NCBI GenBank assembly: GCA_965279035.1
Contig: OZ257142.1
Span: 3,328,001 to 3,392,000, forward strand
From: Bacteroidia bacterium
GTDB lineage: Bacteria > Bacteroidota > Bacteroidia > M30B66
DNA length: 64,000 bases
Direction: 5' to 3'
Position 1 is the first letter of the stretch, and each line of letters opens with the position of its first letter. The translations under genes were made by a program, and so were the position numbers. Positions 39,081 through 48,870 of this stretch are shown here, piece by piece. Below the pieces are notes generated by a model. It had not been told where the DNA came from. It did not search any database and saw only the letters and a program-made list of their open reading frames with translations.

Positions 39081-39818
39081 TTGGCTAATACAATTCAAAC
39101 TTGCTTCTCCCCTGCTTTATATCCGCTTTTTGCCGATAATGAAGCAATCGTTGTTGTAGTGGATGTTCTTCGAGCTACATCGGCTATTTGTACAGCAATT
39201 CATCATGGTGTTGAACGTATGATTCCTGTTGCAGGTTTGGAAGAAGCACGTGCTTATAAAGAGCAAGGATACTTGGTTGCAGCAGAGCGAAATGCAATTA
39301 AGCAGGAAGGTTTTGATTTTGGGAATTCACCTTATCATTATATGAATGAGGAAGTTCAAGGGAAAACCATTGTGATTTCTACTACAAACGGAACTCAAGC
39401 AATTGAAGCAGCAAAAGATGCATCTGTCATTGTTATCGGTTCTTTTTTAAATATTTCTGCACTGGCCGAATGGATAAAACCGCAAGGTCGTGATGTGATT
39501 ATTTTATGTGCTGGTTGGAAGAATAAATTCAATATGGAAGATTCTCTTTTTGCCGGAGCTTTAGCTAATCAACTTCTTGCGAGTGGACAATTTTCTACAT
39601 CCTGTGATTCTACCATCTCAGCAGGCTATTTATACGAAAGAGCCTCTGAGGATCTTTATGGTTTCTTAGAAAATTCATCGCATCGGAAACGTTTGAAAAA
39701 TCTTCAGTTAGAAGAAGATATCCGTTATTGCTTGACAAAAGACACCATGCAAACAATTCCTGTTTATCATGAAGGTGGATTAATTTCTACTGTTAAATTA
39801 GCGGCTGTATTAAGTTAA
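39081..39818 (+). CDS. 2-phosphosulfolactate phosphatase (ComB) family protein
   Basis: VVDVLRATS, AER, GNSP, TTNGT, CAGW...ED; TTG start. Confidence 0.88.
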   Translation: MANTIQTCFSPALYPLFADNEAIVVVVDVLRATSAICTAIHHGVERMIPVAGLEEARAYKEQGYLVAAERNAIKQEGFDFGNSPYHYMNEEVQGKTIVISTTNGTQAIEAAKDASVIVIGSFLNISALAEWIKPQGRDVIILCAGWKNKFNMEDSLFAGALANQLLASGQFSTSCDSTISAGYLYERASEDLYGFLENSSHRKRLKNLQLEEDIRYCLTKDTMQTIPVYHEGGLISTVKLAAVLS

Positions 39819-39870
39819 GTTGTCCCGAATCGGGGTTTGTGTTGCTCGAATGAACGTTTATCTTTGAGTT

Positions 39871-40851
39871 ATGATCAAGCGTATTCTCTTTCTGTTGATT
39901 CTTGCTATTGGGCCATTGCTCTATTTTATTCCCTATGCGAGCAGTTGGGGCTTTTTTGCGCACAAGGAAATCAACCGAGTAGCAGTTTTTACGCTTCCTC
40001 CCGAACTTTTTGGATTTTACAAACAGAACATCGAATTCATAACTGAGCATGCCGTTGATCCCGATAAACGCCGATATGCTGTAAAAGAAGAAGCCGCTCG
40101 TCATTTTATTGATCTCGATCGCTATGGCGCATCACCACTCGATTCGATGCCTCATAATTGGGAAGCTGCTTGTAAAAAATATACCGAAGACACCTTGCGT
40201 GCTCATGGAATTGTTCCTTGGCATATTGAAGTGATGGTGAAACGTTTGACTATGGCATTCAAGTCGAACGATTACGATCGTATTCTCCGCACTTCAGCCG
40301 ATTTAGGGCATTATATTGCCGATGCCCATGTTCCTTTGCACACCACTCGGAATTATAACGGACAGTTAACAAACCAGAAAGGGATACATGGCTTTTGGGA
40401 ATCGCGATTGCCTGAATTATTCAACGAAGATTACGACTTCTTTGTTGGAAAAGCGGTGTATGTAGAGAATCCACTTGAATTAGCTTGGAAGATTGTCGGT
40501 CAAAGTTTTGCGGCAAAAGATTCCGTATTACGTTTTGAAGCTGAATTAAACGAACGATTCCCATCGGATAGAAAGTACAGTTTCGAAAATCGTGGTGCTG
40601 CTATGATGAAAGTATATAGCGAAGATTATTCTACCGAATATAATAAGCTACTTGATGGCATGGTTGAACGACGAATGCGACAAGCCATTATCACGGTGGG
40701 TAGTTTATGGTTTACCGCTTGGGTGAATGCAGGTCAGCCTGATTTAAAGCTCTATAAAGACCGCAAAATTGGCACAGATACCGAACGTGAATTGGCCGAA
40801 GAAGAACAGAATTACCAAAAAGGAGCAATCAAAGGAAGAAGTTGTGATTGA
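39871..40851 (+). CDS. S1/P1 nuclease / Zn-dependent phospholipase C family
   Basis: Signal peptide then WGFFAH, HFIDLD, HYIADAHVPLH, HGFWES. Confidence 0.85.
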   Translation: MIKRILFLLILAIGPLLYFIPYASSWGFFAHKEINRVAVFTLPPELFGFYKQNIEFITEHAVDPDKRRYAVKEEAARHFIDLDRYGASPLDSMPHNWEAACKKYTEDTLRAHGIVPWHIEVMVKRLTMAFKSNDYDRILRTSADLGHYIADAHVPLHTTRNYNGQLTNQKGIHGFWESRLPELFNEDYDFFVGKAVYVENPLELAWKIVGQSFAAKDSVLRFEAELNERFPSDRKYSFENRGAAMMKVYSEDYSTEYNKLLDGMVERRMRQAIITVGSLWFTAWVNAGQPDLKLYKDRKIGTDTERELAEEEQNYQKGAIKGRSCD

Positions 40852-40871
40852 GAATAGTATGAATCTATTTT

Positions 40872-41285
40872 TTATTTAGACTTCAAATATTCTGTTAAAG
40901 AAGTAATTATCGTATCCCCTATTTCATTTAAATCTGTTAAATCTTTGTCACCAGATAGCAAATGAGTAGCTTTTCCTTCGAGTGCTAATGATAGTAGAAA
41001 ATTATCTTTAGGATCCCTACAAATAGACAATTCATTATTAACCTGTATAAATTCAGCATGCTTTTCAATTATATATAAAAGCTTAATTATATCTTCTGTA
41101 TTAAAGTATTTTCTAAACTTTGGACGACAGGCAACATCAATGAATTCTTCAACTAATTCATCACTAAACAAAAGTACAATTGAATTCGAATTGATGAGTT
41201 TGTCAAGCTTAGAGTAATTTCCAGTTAATATGAAATTTATCCAAAGATTAGTATCAATAACTACTCTATCTTTTCTTTGAATCAT
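40872..41285 (-). CDS. PIN-domain putative toxin
   Basis: VVIDTNLWI, CRDPKDNFLL, SGDKDL. Confidence 0.9.
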   Translation of the reverse strand: MIQRKDRVVIDTNLWINFILTGNYSKLDKLINSNSIVLLFSDELVEEFIDVACRPKFRKYFNTEDIIKLLYIIEKHAEFIQVNNELSICRDPKDNFLLSLALEGKATHLLSGDKDLTDLNEIGDTIITSLTEYLKSK

Positions 41286-41487
41286 TCCGTTTCTCTCTAA
41301 CTATTTCAACCTCCCTTGTAATCTCTTCGATTGAGGGTAATTTGATTGAAGCTTTTTTTCTTAATCTTTTTAGAACATTACTTAGATTTTCATCCGTTTT
41401 CCGAATAGAGATTAAGTTCAAATCAGCTAAATCTTGAAGTAGTTTGACAGCTTTAGGGTCTAATACGTCTATCTGATATGTTTTCAT
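41266..41487 (-). CDS. Putative antitoxin partner of the PIN toxin
   Basis: 73 aa, directly upstream and overlapping; LLQDLADLNLI...SIEEITREVEIVR. Confidence 0.75.
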   Translation of the reverse strand: MKTYQIDVLDPKAVKLLQDLADLNLISIRKTDENLSNVLKRLRKKASIKLPSIEEITREVEIVREKRNDSKKR

Positions 41488-41573
41488 ATTTCAAATGTAG
41501 TAGTTTTAATTAATCGTTGTCATCTCTAAAATGAAGCGATAATTTCAAGAATTTTTTGTTTAATAAAAAATTT

Positions 41574-42968
41574 CAGTACTGTCCGGTTAAAGTTTAAATC
41601 AGAAAAAAGGAGCGACCATTTCGATCACTCCTTTTGTGATTATTTTTGAGTTACGACACACCAAAATAATCATGAGTAAAAGTAAATATTTTACCGGACA
41701 GCCGATTTACAGTCAACTCCTTTCTTATCTGCCTCAGACGAAAGTAAAGGACATAGCTGATGAGCATAACGCTGATAGGTATTATAAGAACTTCAGGACT
41801 TATACGCACCTAGTAACGATGCTTTACGCAATCTTTAATCGGTGTACAGGTATCCGAGAAGTGACCTCAGGCCTACTTGCCTGGGAAGGCAGGATACAGC
41901 ATTTAGGAATCAACTACTTTCCCAGAAGGAGCACGATTTCAGATGCAAATACCAGTCGACCAGCCGATGTCTTTGAAGATATTTACTACTGGCTTTATGA
42001 CCGATACAAGCATTTTTTACCGGACAGCCGAAGTAAAATCGCATCCCGGCTTTATATTGTTGACTCGACAACGATTCAGTTGTTTCAGGAAGTTTTGAAA
42101 AATGCCGGTCGTAATCCCGCCGATGGTAAGCGCAAAGGCGGTATTAAGGTGCATACTTTAATGAGGAGTGATCAAGACGTGCCTTGCTTGATAAGGTTCT
42201 CTGCTGGAGCTGGAGCCGACAGCCCATTTCTGCAGAACATACACCTGCAACGTGGGTCCATTGTGGTGTTTGATCGTGGTTATAATGATTACAAGCAATA
42301 CAACCGTTTCTCGGAAGAAAATGTCACATGGGTGACCCGATTACGAAACAACACCGTGATCAAAGTCCTGCGGGAAAAGAAAATTTCAGACAAGGAAAAG
42401 CAGAACGGAATTTTGCTCGACCAGATTATAGAAATGGGCCACACCAAGCACAATAACAATACACGAGTGAAGGCACGTCTTATAAAATATGAGGACAAAA
42501 AATCGAAGAGGATATTTGAATTCATAACCAATAACAATCAATTCAAACCCTCCTCAATCGCACTGTTTTATAAAAATCGTTGGCAGATCGAATCGCTATT
42601 TAAGCGTATCAAACAGAACTATCCGATGCAAAGCTTCCTTGGAGAGAGCGAAAATGCGATCAAAATCCAAATCTGGTGTGCCCTGATCGCTGACCTTGTC
42701 TTAAAAATTGTCAAAGCAAGAGCTGGTAAAAACTGGTCGTTTTCAAATCTTGCAGCCATGGTCAGGCTACATTTGATGACCTATATCAACCTTTTTGAAT
42801 TCCTCATCAATCCTGAAAAATCGCTAATTAGAAATCAAATTAAATCCTTTCAACTGCCATTGTTCCCTCCATAGGGGGCTTTATTTTAAATAAATACCAT
42901 CAACACCCGCATTTACTGCAACTACAGAAGGTAAATCATGCAATCTCAATTTTAACCGGACAGTACTG
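41574..42968 (+). mobile_element. IS4 family insertion sequence, copy 1, 1395 bp
   Basis: 18-bp terminal IR CAGTACTGTCCGGTTAAA; 9-bp TSD AAAAAATTT at 41565-41573 and 42969-42977. Confidence 0.95.
41672..42874 (+). CDS. IS4 family transposase (DUF4372 + DDE)
   Basis: IVDSTTI, FDRGY, YKNRWQIESLFKRIKQ (YREK motif); likely start MSKSK. Confidence 0.93.
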   Translation: MSKSKYFTGQPIYSQLLSYLPQTKVKDIADEHNADRYYKNFRTYTHLVTMLYAIFNRCTGIREVTSGLLAWEGRIQHLGINYFPRRSTISDANTSRPADVFEDIYYWLYDRYKHFLPDSRSKIASRLYIVDSTTIQLFQEVLKNAGRNPADGKRKGGIKVHTLMRSDQDVPCLIRFSAGAGADSPFLQNIHLQRGSIVVFDRGYNDYKQYNRFSEENVTWVTRLRNNTVIKVLREKKISDKEKQNGILLDQIIEMGHTKHNNNTRVKARLIKYEDKKSKRIFEFITNNNQFKPSSIALFYKNRWQIESLFKRIKQNYPMQSFLGESENAIKIQIWCALIADLVLKIVKARAGKNWSFSNLAAMVRLHLMTYINLFEFLINPEKSLIRNQIKSFQLPLFPP

Positions 42969-43014
42969 AAAAAATTTAAGATTCTCTAGAAAAGTTGGGA
43001 GATCAAAACCCAAC

Positions 43015-43049
43015 AAAAAAGCCCTGTAAAAATGATTTACAGGGCTTTT
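43015..43049 (-). terminator. Intrinsic terminator of rpsF-rpsR-rplI
   Basis: AAAAGCCCTGTAAA/TTTACAGGGCTTTT stem with U-tract. Confidence 0.85.
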
Positions 43050-43066
43050 GTATGAGTTGAGATAGC

Positions 43067-43513
43067 TTATTCAGCAACCACTTCGAATTCTACCGTTGTT
43101 TTGATGTCTTTGTACAATTTAACAGCAGCAGAATAAGTACCTAATTGTTTGATGCTTTCGCTATCAATGGTAATTTGCTTGCGGTCGATATCGATACCAA
43201 GTTTTTTCAATGCTTCAGCAATTTGAAGTGAATTAACAGATCCGAAGATTTTGCCTGATTCACCTACTTTTGCACCTACTTCAATTTTTGTAGCAGCCAA
43301 TTTCTCAACCAATGAAGTCGCTTCCGTACGGATTTTTTCTTCTTTGTGAGCGCGTTGACGAAGTGTTTCAGCCAATACCTTGCGGTTGCTTTCGGTAGCG
43401 AGTTGCCCCATACCTTGTGGAATCAGGTAGTTACGGCCATAACCGTTTTTTACCTTCACGATTTCGTCCTTGTGACCAAGGTTATTTACGTCTTGTGTTA
43501 GAATAATTTCCAT
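43067..43513 (-). CDS. rplI: 50S ribosomal protein L9
   Basis: MEIILTQDV.NLG...VKNGYGRNYLIPQG, KIFGSV. Confidence 0.97.
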   Translation of the reverse strand: MEIILTQDVNNLGHKDEIVKVKNGYGRNYLIPQGMGQLATESNRKVLAETLRQRAHKEEKIRTEATSLVEKLAATKIEVGAKVGESGKIFGSVNSLQIAEALKKLGIDIDRKQITIDSESIKQLGTYSAAVKLYKDIKTTVEFEVVAE

Positions 43514-43517
43514 GATT

Positions 43518-43525
43518 CCTCCTTA
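43518..43525 (-). promoter_or_regulatory. Shine-Dalgarno TAAGGAGG upstream of rplI
   Basis: Minus strand TAAGGAGG-AATC-ATG; the TAA is the rpsR stop codon. Confidence 0.75.
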
Positions 43526-43792
43526 TTTCAACATGTCAGCTACATATGGCATAAGCGACAAATGACGAGCACGCTTAATTGCCTGAGATACTTTACGCTG
43601 ATACTTCAATGAAGTACCTGTGATGCGGCGAGGAAGAATTTTTCCTTGCTCATTCACGAACTTCAAAAGAAAGTCTGCGTCTTTGTAATCGATGTACTTG
43701 ATACCACTTTTCTTAAAGCGGCAGTACTTTTTCTTCTTCACCTCCACCGTTGGCGGGGTTAGATAGCGGATTTCTGATTGTGGACTTGCCAT
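43523..43792 (-). CDS. rpsR: 30S ribosomal protein S18
   Basis: [27 protein letters not shown]. Confidence 0.97.
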   Translation of the reverse strand: MASPQSEIRYLTPPTVEVKKKKYCRFKKSGIKYIDYKDADFLLKFVNEQGKILPRRITGTSLKYQRKVSQAIKRARHLSLMPYVADMLK

Positions 43793-43812
43793 CGTTCAAA
43801 AGTTTTTAGTGG

Positions 43813-44178
43813 TTAGGCTTCAGTTTTAACTGCGGATTTTGCAAATCCTTTGGTACGTTTCTTCTCGTTGTATGCAAGCGAGTTTTTGTCTAGCACAATC
43901 GTGAGGAAACGAAGCATACGCTCATCACGTTTAAATGCTACTTCGATTTTCGCCACCAAGTCGCTAGGAGCTTGATATTCGAGTAGATAATAGAAGCCAG
44001 TTGTCTTCTTTTGAATAGGGTAAGCCAGTTTGCGCAGTCCCCAGTTCTCTTCGTGAACTAGTTTCGCGCCATTCTCAGCAAGCATGGCTTTAAACTTGCC
44101 GACCGCTTCCTTCATCTGATCATCAGACAAAACGGGAGTCATAATGAAAACGGTTTCATACTGTTTTAGCATGGGCAC
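43813..44178 (-). CDS. rpsF: 30S ribosomal protein S6
   Basis: [29 protein letters not shown]. Confidence 0.97.
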   Translation of the reverse strand: MPMLKQYETVFIMTPVLSDDQMKEAVGKFKAMLAENGAKLVHEENWGLRKLAYPIQKKTTGFYYLLEYQAPSDLVAKIEVAFKRDERMLRFLTIVLDKNSLAYNEKKRTKGFAKSAVKTEA

Positions 44179-44317
44179 AATGTTTAAAAATTGGACGGCA
44201 AAAGTAGTGATTCTATCTGATTACACAACCTAAAAATTGGGATACATCATATTTCTAAAAAGAAAACGAGTCCAATCATCCAAATTGCTTCATCAAAAGA
44301 ATCTGCTCTGCAGAAAT

Positions 44318-45997
44318 TTATCGTACCATCAATTTCTGCATCTTACTACCATAAGGAGTTTGAGCTCGTATGAAGTACATACCTGATGACCAATTTATGG
44401 TATTGATGTAAAAGCGTGTTTCGCCCGATTGAATTTTACTAGCAGCTACTTTCTCTATCACTCGTCCAGAAACATCCAATACGCTCACATCAACATTCAT
44501 TGCCACATCGCTTCGAACAGGAATGCAGGTTATGCCTTTGGAAGGATTCGGATATGCTTCTACTTCAAAAAGTTTTTCCATTATTTCCTGTTGAAACGTG
44601 ATTACCGAACCTGAATCCAATACATGGAAATTCCAATATCCATCCGGCGCGCTGATTGGTCGGAATTGCGTTTTTCCGTTTTCAGCAATTCCCTGAATGA
44701 AATAAAACACTTCCGTTCCTGCGGCTTGAGCTGGAATAGATGCAGTCCATTGATTGGTGGCGCTGTTGAATAATGTCATTGGCACTTCGGAATACGCTTG
44801 AGTCGTATCGATTGTATAAAACAATTTCGCTTGGTTAATTCCGCTTCGATGCTGTAATGTAGCATTTACTAAATAATCGTTTTGTGTATCGTACGTATCA
44901 TATAAAGGCTGATGCACAATCAACATCGGATCATTCACACCAACCGAATGGGTAATGCAATGGATTGCTCCACTTGCAGGAATAATATCATTACAATCAA
45001 TTCCTATCACCCGAAAACCTGGCAGACTTTCTCGCCAAACTCGAATAGCAGTTGTATCGTACTTTTCTTCATACAAAGGGAAAAGCACCGTTTTGTTTAC
45101 AAAAACAGCATTGGCATAGGTGCGATAATCTCCGTTTTGACTAGGATATTTATTTAAATCGTCGGGTGGTTGTACTATGCGGATAATCTTATATGGTGTT
45201 TCAAATACCGAATTGAAATTATCAATCACATATAACAAGTTCGCTTCGATTTGAGGTCCATCGGAAACACCTGTTGGATATTGACCAATCAATAAGGTTT
45301 CTTCATCGAGTAGCTTCATGTGCATATCGATGTGATGTATGCCATCGTAAGGAAGCGTTTCCATTTTAATATAACGTTCAATTCCCATGAAATTGAGCAT
45401 GATATCGTTGATTTCAGCTTCGGTATGTGTTGGGTTTTCGTCTAATACAAGCTTGGAAGAAAAGGCTGTTCCTAAACCATCGCTCATATAGTTTCCGCCA
45501 GTATGAATTACTTGATTAGGTGCTGTGGTGGTTTGAACGATATTTAGATTCAACACACGCGCATAGCCGCGAGGTATCGTGTCATCTTTTGTACGTGTTG
45601 GACGATTGTATTTCCAATCAACAAGAAATAAGGAATCAACATCGTTGATATACGCTGTATTTGCACCATAATCACGAATCCATAGGGTATTATAAGGTTG
45701 AACTTTGAAGATTACATTCGGTCCAACTGGCACTCCGTAAGTAGAAACCAATTCGTTTTGAGCTGTGCTGGCATTCGTGCAATGAACAATTACTTTGCAT
45801 TCTTCCTGGGCATACCGAATTATTTCTGCTAATACTGATTTGTAATCGGTCCAAGTAACAACCAAAGCTTGAATTTCTTCCCATTCAGCAGCCGTGCGGA
45901 TAATTCCGGCTGGTGGAGTATTGCTTATTGTTTGTGCTTTAACTTGAAAAGAAAAAAGAAAAAGGAAAATAAATAGTGCTGGGTTGAAGTTCTTCAT
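44318..45997 (-). CDS. Secreted agmatine/peptidylarginine deiminase-family protein with T9SS type A CTD
   Basis: AEWEE, WIRDYG, GGN, HIDMH, TYAN, GAIHCIT; YPNP...SGMYF...QKLMVR tail. Confidence 0.88.
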   Translation of the reverse strand: MKNFNPALFIFLFLFSFQVKAQTISNTPPAGIIRTAAEWEEIQALVVTWTDYKSVLAEIIRYAQEECKVIVHCTNASTAQNELVSTYGVPVGPNVIFKVQPYNTLWIRDYGANTAYINDVDSLFLVDWKYNRPTRTKDDTIPRGYARVLNLNIVQTTTAPNQVIHTGGNYMSDGLGTAFSSKLVLDENPTHTEAEINDIMLNFMGIERYIKMETLPYDGIHHIDMHMKLLDEETLLIGQYPTGVSDGPQIEANLLYVIDNFNSVFETPYKIIRIVQPPDDLNKYPSQNGDYRTYANAVFVNKTVLFPLYEEKYDTTAIRVWRESLPGFRVIGIDCNDIIPASGAIHCITHSVGVNDPMLIVHQPLYDTYDTQNDYLVNATLQHRSGINQAKLFYTIDTTQAYSEVPMTLFNSATNQWTASIPAQAAGTEVFYFIQGIAENGKTQFRPISAPDGYWNFHVLDSGSVITFQQEIMEKLFEVEAYPNPSKGITCIPVRSDVAMNVDVSVLDVSGRVIEKVAASKIQSGETRFYINTINWSSGMYFIRAQTPYGSKMQKLMVR

Positions 45998-46089
45998 ATA
46001 CTAACATCCAATTGGAAGGAAACGAAGATACATAAAGCTCAATTAAACCGAATCTCCTTTTCGAACTCTTGAACTTGAAATAATATAAA

Positions 46090-47481
46090 ATGACTGAAGC
46101 ACAGAAAACTGCCCATTTACTTCGGAGAGCCGGTTTTGGTTATTCCCTAAGAGATAAAAGCAATTTGAGCTTTGATGAAGCAATTACTCGATTATTCTCC
46201 AGCAATAACACATTTGAAGAATTGTATTTGCAAGGTGAAGAACGAGTTACGATGGCTGAGCTAAGGAAAATGACCAAGGAAGAACGGAAGGAGATCCTTG
46301 ATGATTTAGCTGCAAACGTGAAGAAATTGAATCTCGACTGGCTTAAAATTATGGGTAAAGCAGATGGACAGCTTCGAGAAAAAATGTCGCTTTTCTGGCA
46401 TGGACATTTTGCTGTTCGCGTTCGCGGATTTGCTCAGGTTGAATCGTATATCAACACTTTACGAAAATATGCATTGGGGAATTTTGGTGATTTGTTGATG
46501 GCTATGTCGAAAGAGCCGGCGATGTTGCGTTTTTTGAATAATGTGCAGAATAAGAAGAATAGTCCGAACGAGAATTTTGCTCGCGAAGTGATGGAACTTT
46601 TCACTCTTGGACGAGGAAATTATACCGAACACGATATAAAAGAGGCCGCTCGAGCATTTACAGGCTGGGGCGTGAACGATTCGGATGAGTTTGAATTAAA
46701 AGTAAACCAGCACGATACCGGTAGTAAAACTATTTTCGGGAAAACAGGAAATTGGGAAGGTGAAGATGTGATTCGGATGATTTTGGAACGCGATGAAACT
46801 TCGATTTATATCACCCGAAAAATCTATCGTTTTTTTGTGAATGATCGAGTGAATGAAGCGCATGTAGCTGCATTAGCCAAGGATTTTAAAGCATCGAACT
46901 ACGACATTCCTAAATTACTCAAACAACTTTTTACCGCTGATTGGTTTTATGCAGATGAAAACCAAGGTGCGCATATCAAATCGCCGGTAGAATTGATTGT
47001 TGAGCTAAACCGAACCTTTGGAATTTCATACGAAAATGCTCAGCCTTTGCTAGCTGTTCAGCGAGTTTTAGGACAAACTTTGTTCTTCCCTCCAAATGTT
47101 TCGGGTTGGGCTGGCGGAAGAAATTGGATTGATAATTCTACCCTCATTACCCGAATGAATCTTCCCAAAAAATTAGCTGATGCGGGTGGTTTAGATATGA
47201 GCTTTAAGAGTATGGATGATGAAAGTCCGAACGAATTTCAACAGGCATCGCAGGTGAAAAACAAGTTTAATTGTCGATTTAACTGGGAATTATTCGAAGC
47301 TAAATTTACCAATGTAGCTACCGAAAACTTATGGCAAGCTTTGTCAGAAAATTTATTAGCAAGTAAGAGTAAACCTGATTTACCGGATTATTTAAAACAA
47401 ATTCTAACGAATCCGCACTCGGAGATTATTCGCCAAATGGCTCTTTACATCGTTCGTTTACCTGAATACCAACTCGCTTGA
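46090..47481 (+). CDS. DUF1800 family protein
   Basis: HLLRRAGFG, LREKMSLFWHGHF, PNENFAREVMELFTLG, KSPVE, PPNVSGW, PEYQL. Confidence 0.9.
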   Translation: MTEAQKTAHLLRRAGFGYSLRDKSNLSFDEAITRLFSSNNTFEELYLQGEERVTMAELRKMTKEERKEILDDLAANVKKLNLDWLKIMGKADGQLREKMSLFWHGHFAVRVRGFAQVESYINTLRKYALGNFGDLLMAMSKEPAMLRFLNNVQNKKNSPNENFAREVMELFTLGRGNYTEHDIKEAARAFTGWGVNDSDEFELKVNQHDTGSKTIFGKTGNWEGEDVIRMILERDETSIYITRKIYRFFVNDRVNEAHVAALAKDFKASNYDIPKLLKQLFTADWFYADENQGAHIKSPVELIVELNRTFGISYENAQPLLAVQRVLGQTLFFPPNVSGWAGGRNWIDNSTLITRMNLPKKLADAGGLDMSFKSMDDESPNEFQQASQVKNKFNCRFNWELFEAKFTNVATENLWQALSENLLASKSKPDLPDYLKQILTNPHSEIIRQMALYIVRLPEYQLA

Positions 47482-47484
47482 ACT

Positions 47485-48675
47485 ATGAAACGTCGTCAAT
47501 TTCTTCAACTAAGTGGTTTAACAACTACTGCCGCTTTGATTCCTGGTTTTTTGAAAGCATTTGAAACGAATTTGAGTGTTTTAAGTGGGAAACGTATTGT
47601 GATTGTTCAGCTTTCGGGCGGGAATGATGGTTTGAATACACTCGTTCCGTTTAGCAACAATATCTATTATGAAGCTCGACCGCGTTTGGCAATAGCAGTC
47701 GATCAGGTATTAAAGATTAGTGATGATGCTGGCTTCCATCCTGCCCTAATGGGAATGAAATATTTGTACGATGAAGGAATGATGAGCATTTACAATTCGG
47801 TTGGTTATCCGAATCCGGATCGTTCACATTTTCGGTCGATGGATATTTGGCATACCGCCAGTAATTCGGATGAATACCTCAACACGGGTTGGATTGGACG
47901 TTTATTAGATTCGAATTGCGCGGAAACTGAAAACGCGTGGTATGCGATTGAAGCGGATGATACCTTGTCGCTAGCCATGAAAGGAAGTCGGCGAAGTGGT
48001 TTTGCGGTGAAAGATCCACAACGTTTGCATGCAGCATTATCGGATCCATTTTATCAGAAAGTACAGGTTGGGAAACAAGCTTCGGAACAAGAAAGTGAGT
48101 TATCGTTTTTATACAAAACCCTTGCTTCTACTACATCGGGTGCTGATTACATTTATGAAAAATCGCAAGCCAAACCTTCGAGCGCCACGTATCCGCAACA
48201 CGAATTAGGTAAAAGCTTGAAAGAGATTTCGGGATTGATTCAAGCAGGTAGTGAGTCGCGTATTTATTATACGAGTATTTCTGGTTTCGATACACATGTA
48301 AGGCAAGCAGAGACACAGCAACGCTTGTTTCAGGTTGTTGGAGATTCGCTTAAAAGTTTTTGTTTGGATTTGAAAGCATCGGGGAATTTTAATGATACGG
48401 TGGTGATGGTATTTTCGGAATTCGGTCGACGCGTGAAGCAGAATGCCAGCAATGGAACCGATCATGGAACGGCGAATTCGGTATTTCTGTTAGGTGGAAA
48501 TTTGAAAAATGCCGGTTTGCGAAATGCGATGCCCGATTTAACCAAATTGGATGATGGAGATTTGATTCATCAGCTTGATTTTAGGCGCATTTATGCCAGT
48601 TTGTTGGATCAAGGAATTGGCTTTGACTCGACTCAAGTATTGGGTAGAAAATTTGATAGTTTAGATTTTATTTAA
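47485..48675 (+). CDS. DUF1501 family protein with Tat signal
   Basis: MKRRQFL, GGNDGLNT, RSHFRS, GFDTH, SEFGRR, GTDHG. Confidence 0.9.
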   Translation: MKRRQFLQLSGLTTTAALIPGFLKAFETNLSVLSGKRIVIVQLSGGNDGLNTLVPFSNNIYYEARPRLAIAVDQVLKISDDAGFHPALMGMKYLYDEGMMSIYNSVGYPNPDRSHFRSMDIWHTASNSDEYLNTGWIGRLLDSNCAETENAWYAIEADDTLSLAMKGSRRSGFAVKDPQRLHAALSDPFYQKVQVGKQASEQESELSFLYKTLASTTSGADYIYEKSQAKPSSATYPQHELGKSLKEISGLIQAGSESRIYYTSISGFDTHVRQAETQQRLFQVVGDSLKSFCLDLKASGNFNDTVVMVFSEFGRRVKQNASNGTDHGTANSVFLLGGNLKNAGLRNAMPDLTKLDDGDLIHQLDFRRIYASLLDQGIGFDSTQVLGRKFDSLDFI

Positions 48676-48737
48676 TCCGCTTTGGGAAGATTGATAAAGA
48701 TTCAGCTGAACCTGAGCATTTGAAGAAACCAGAATCT

Positions 48738-48793
48738 GCGTTAGCGATAGAGCCAAATGCCGTGCATGGGCGATAGCGCGTTAAAACGCCCAA
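48738..48793 (-). repeat. Intergenic repeat / possible structured RNA, short copy
   Basis: Minus strand TTGGGCG...CGCTATCGC...GCTCTATCGCTAACGC; compare 12948-13085. Confidence 0.5.
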
Positions 48794-48870
48794 ATAAAAT
48801 GAAAAGCTTCGCGGTAATTGGATAGGTTTATTGTTAATTTAGTTTTCCAACGTATCCAAAAAATTGAAAA

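Noticed and set aside
39081-39818. Coenzyme M biosynthesis implied by comB
   Set aside because: No comA/C/D/E nearby; stand-alone ComB-family phosphatases are common in bacteria.
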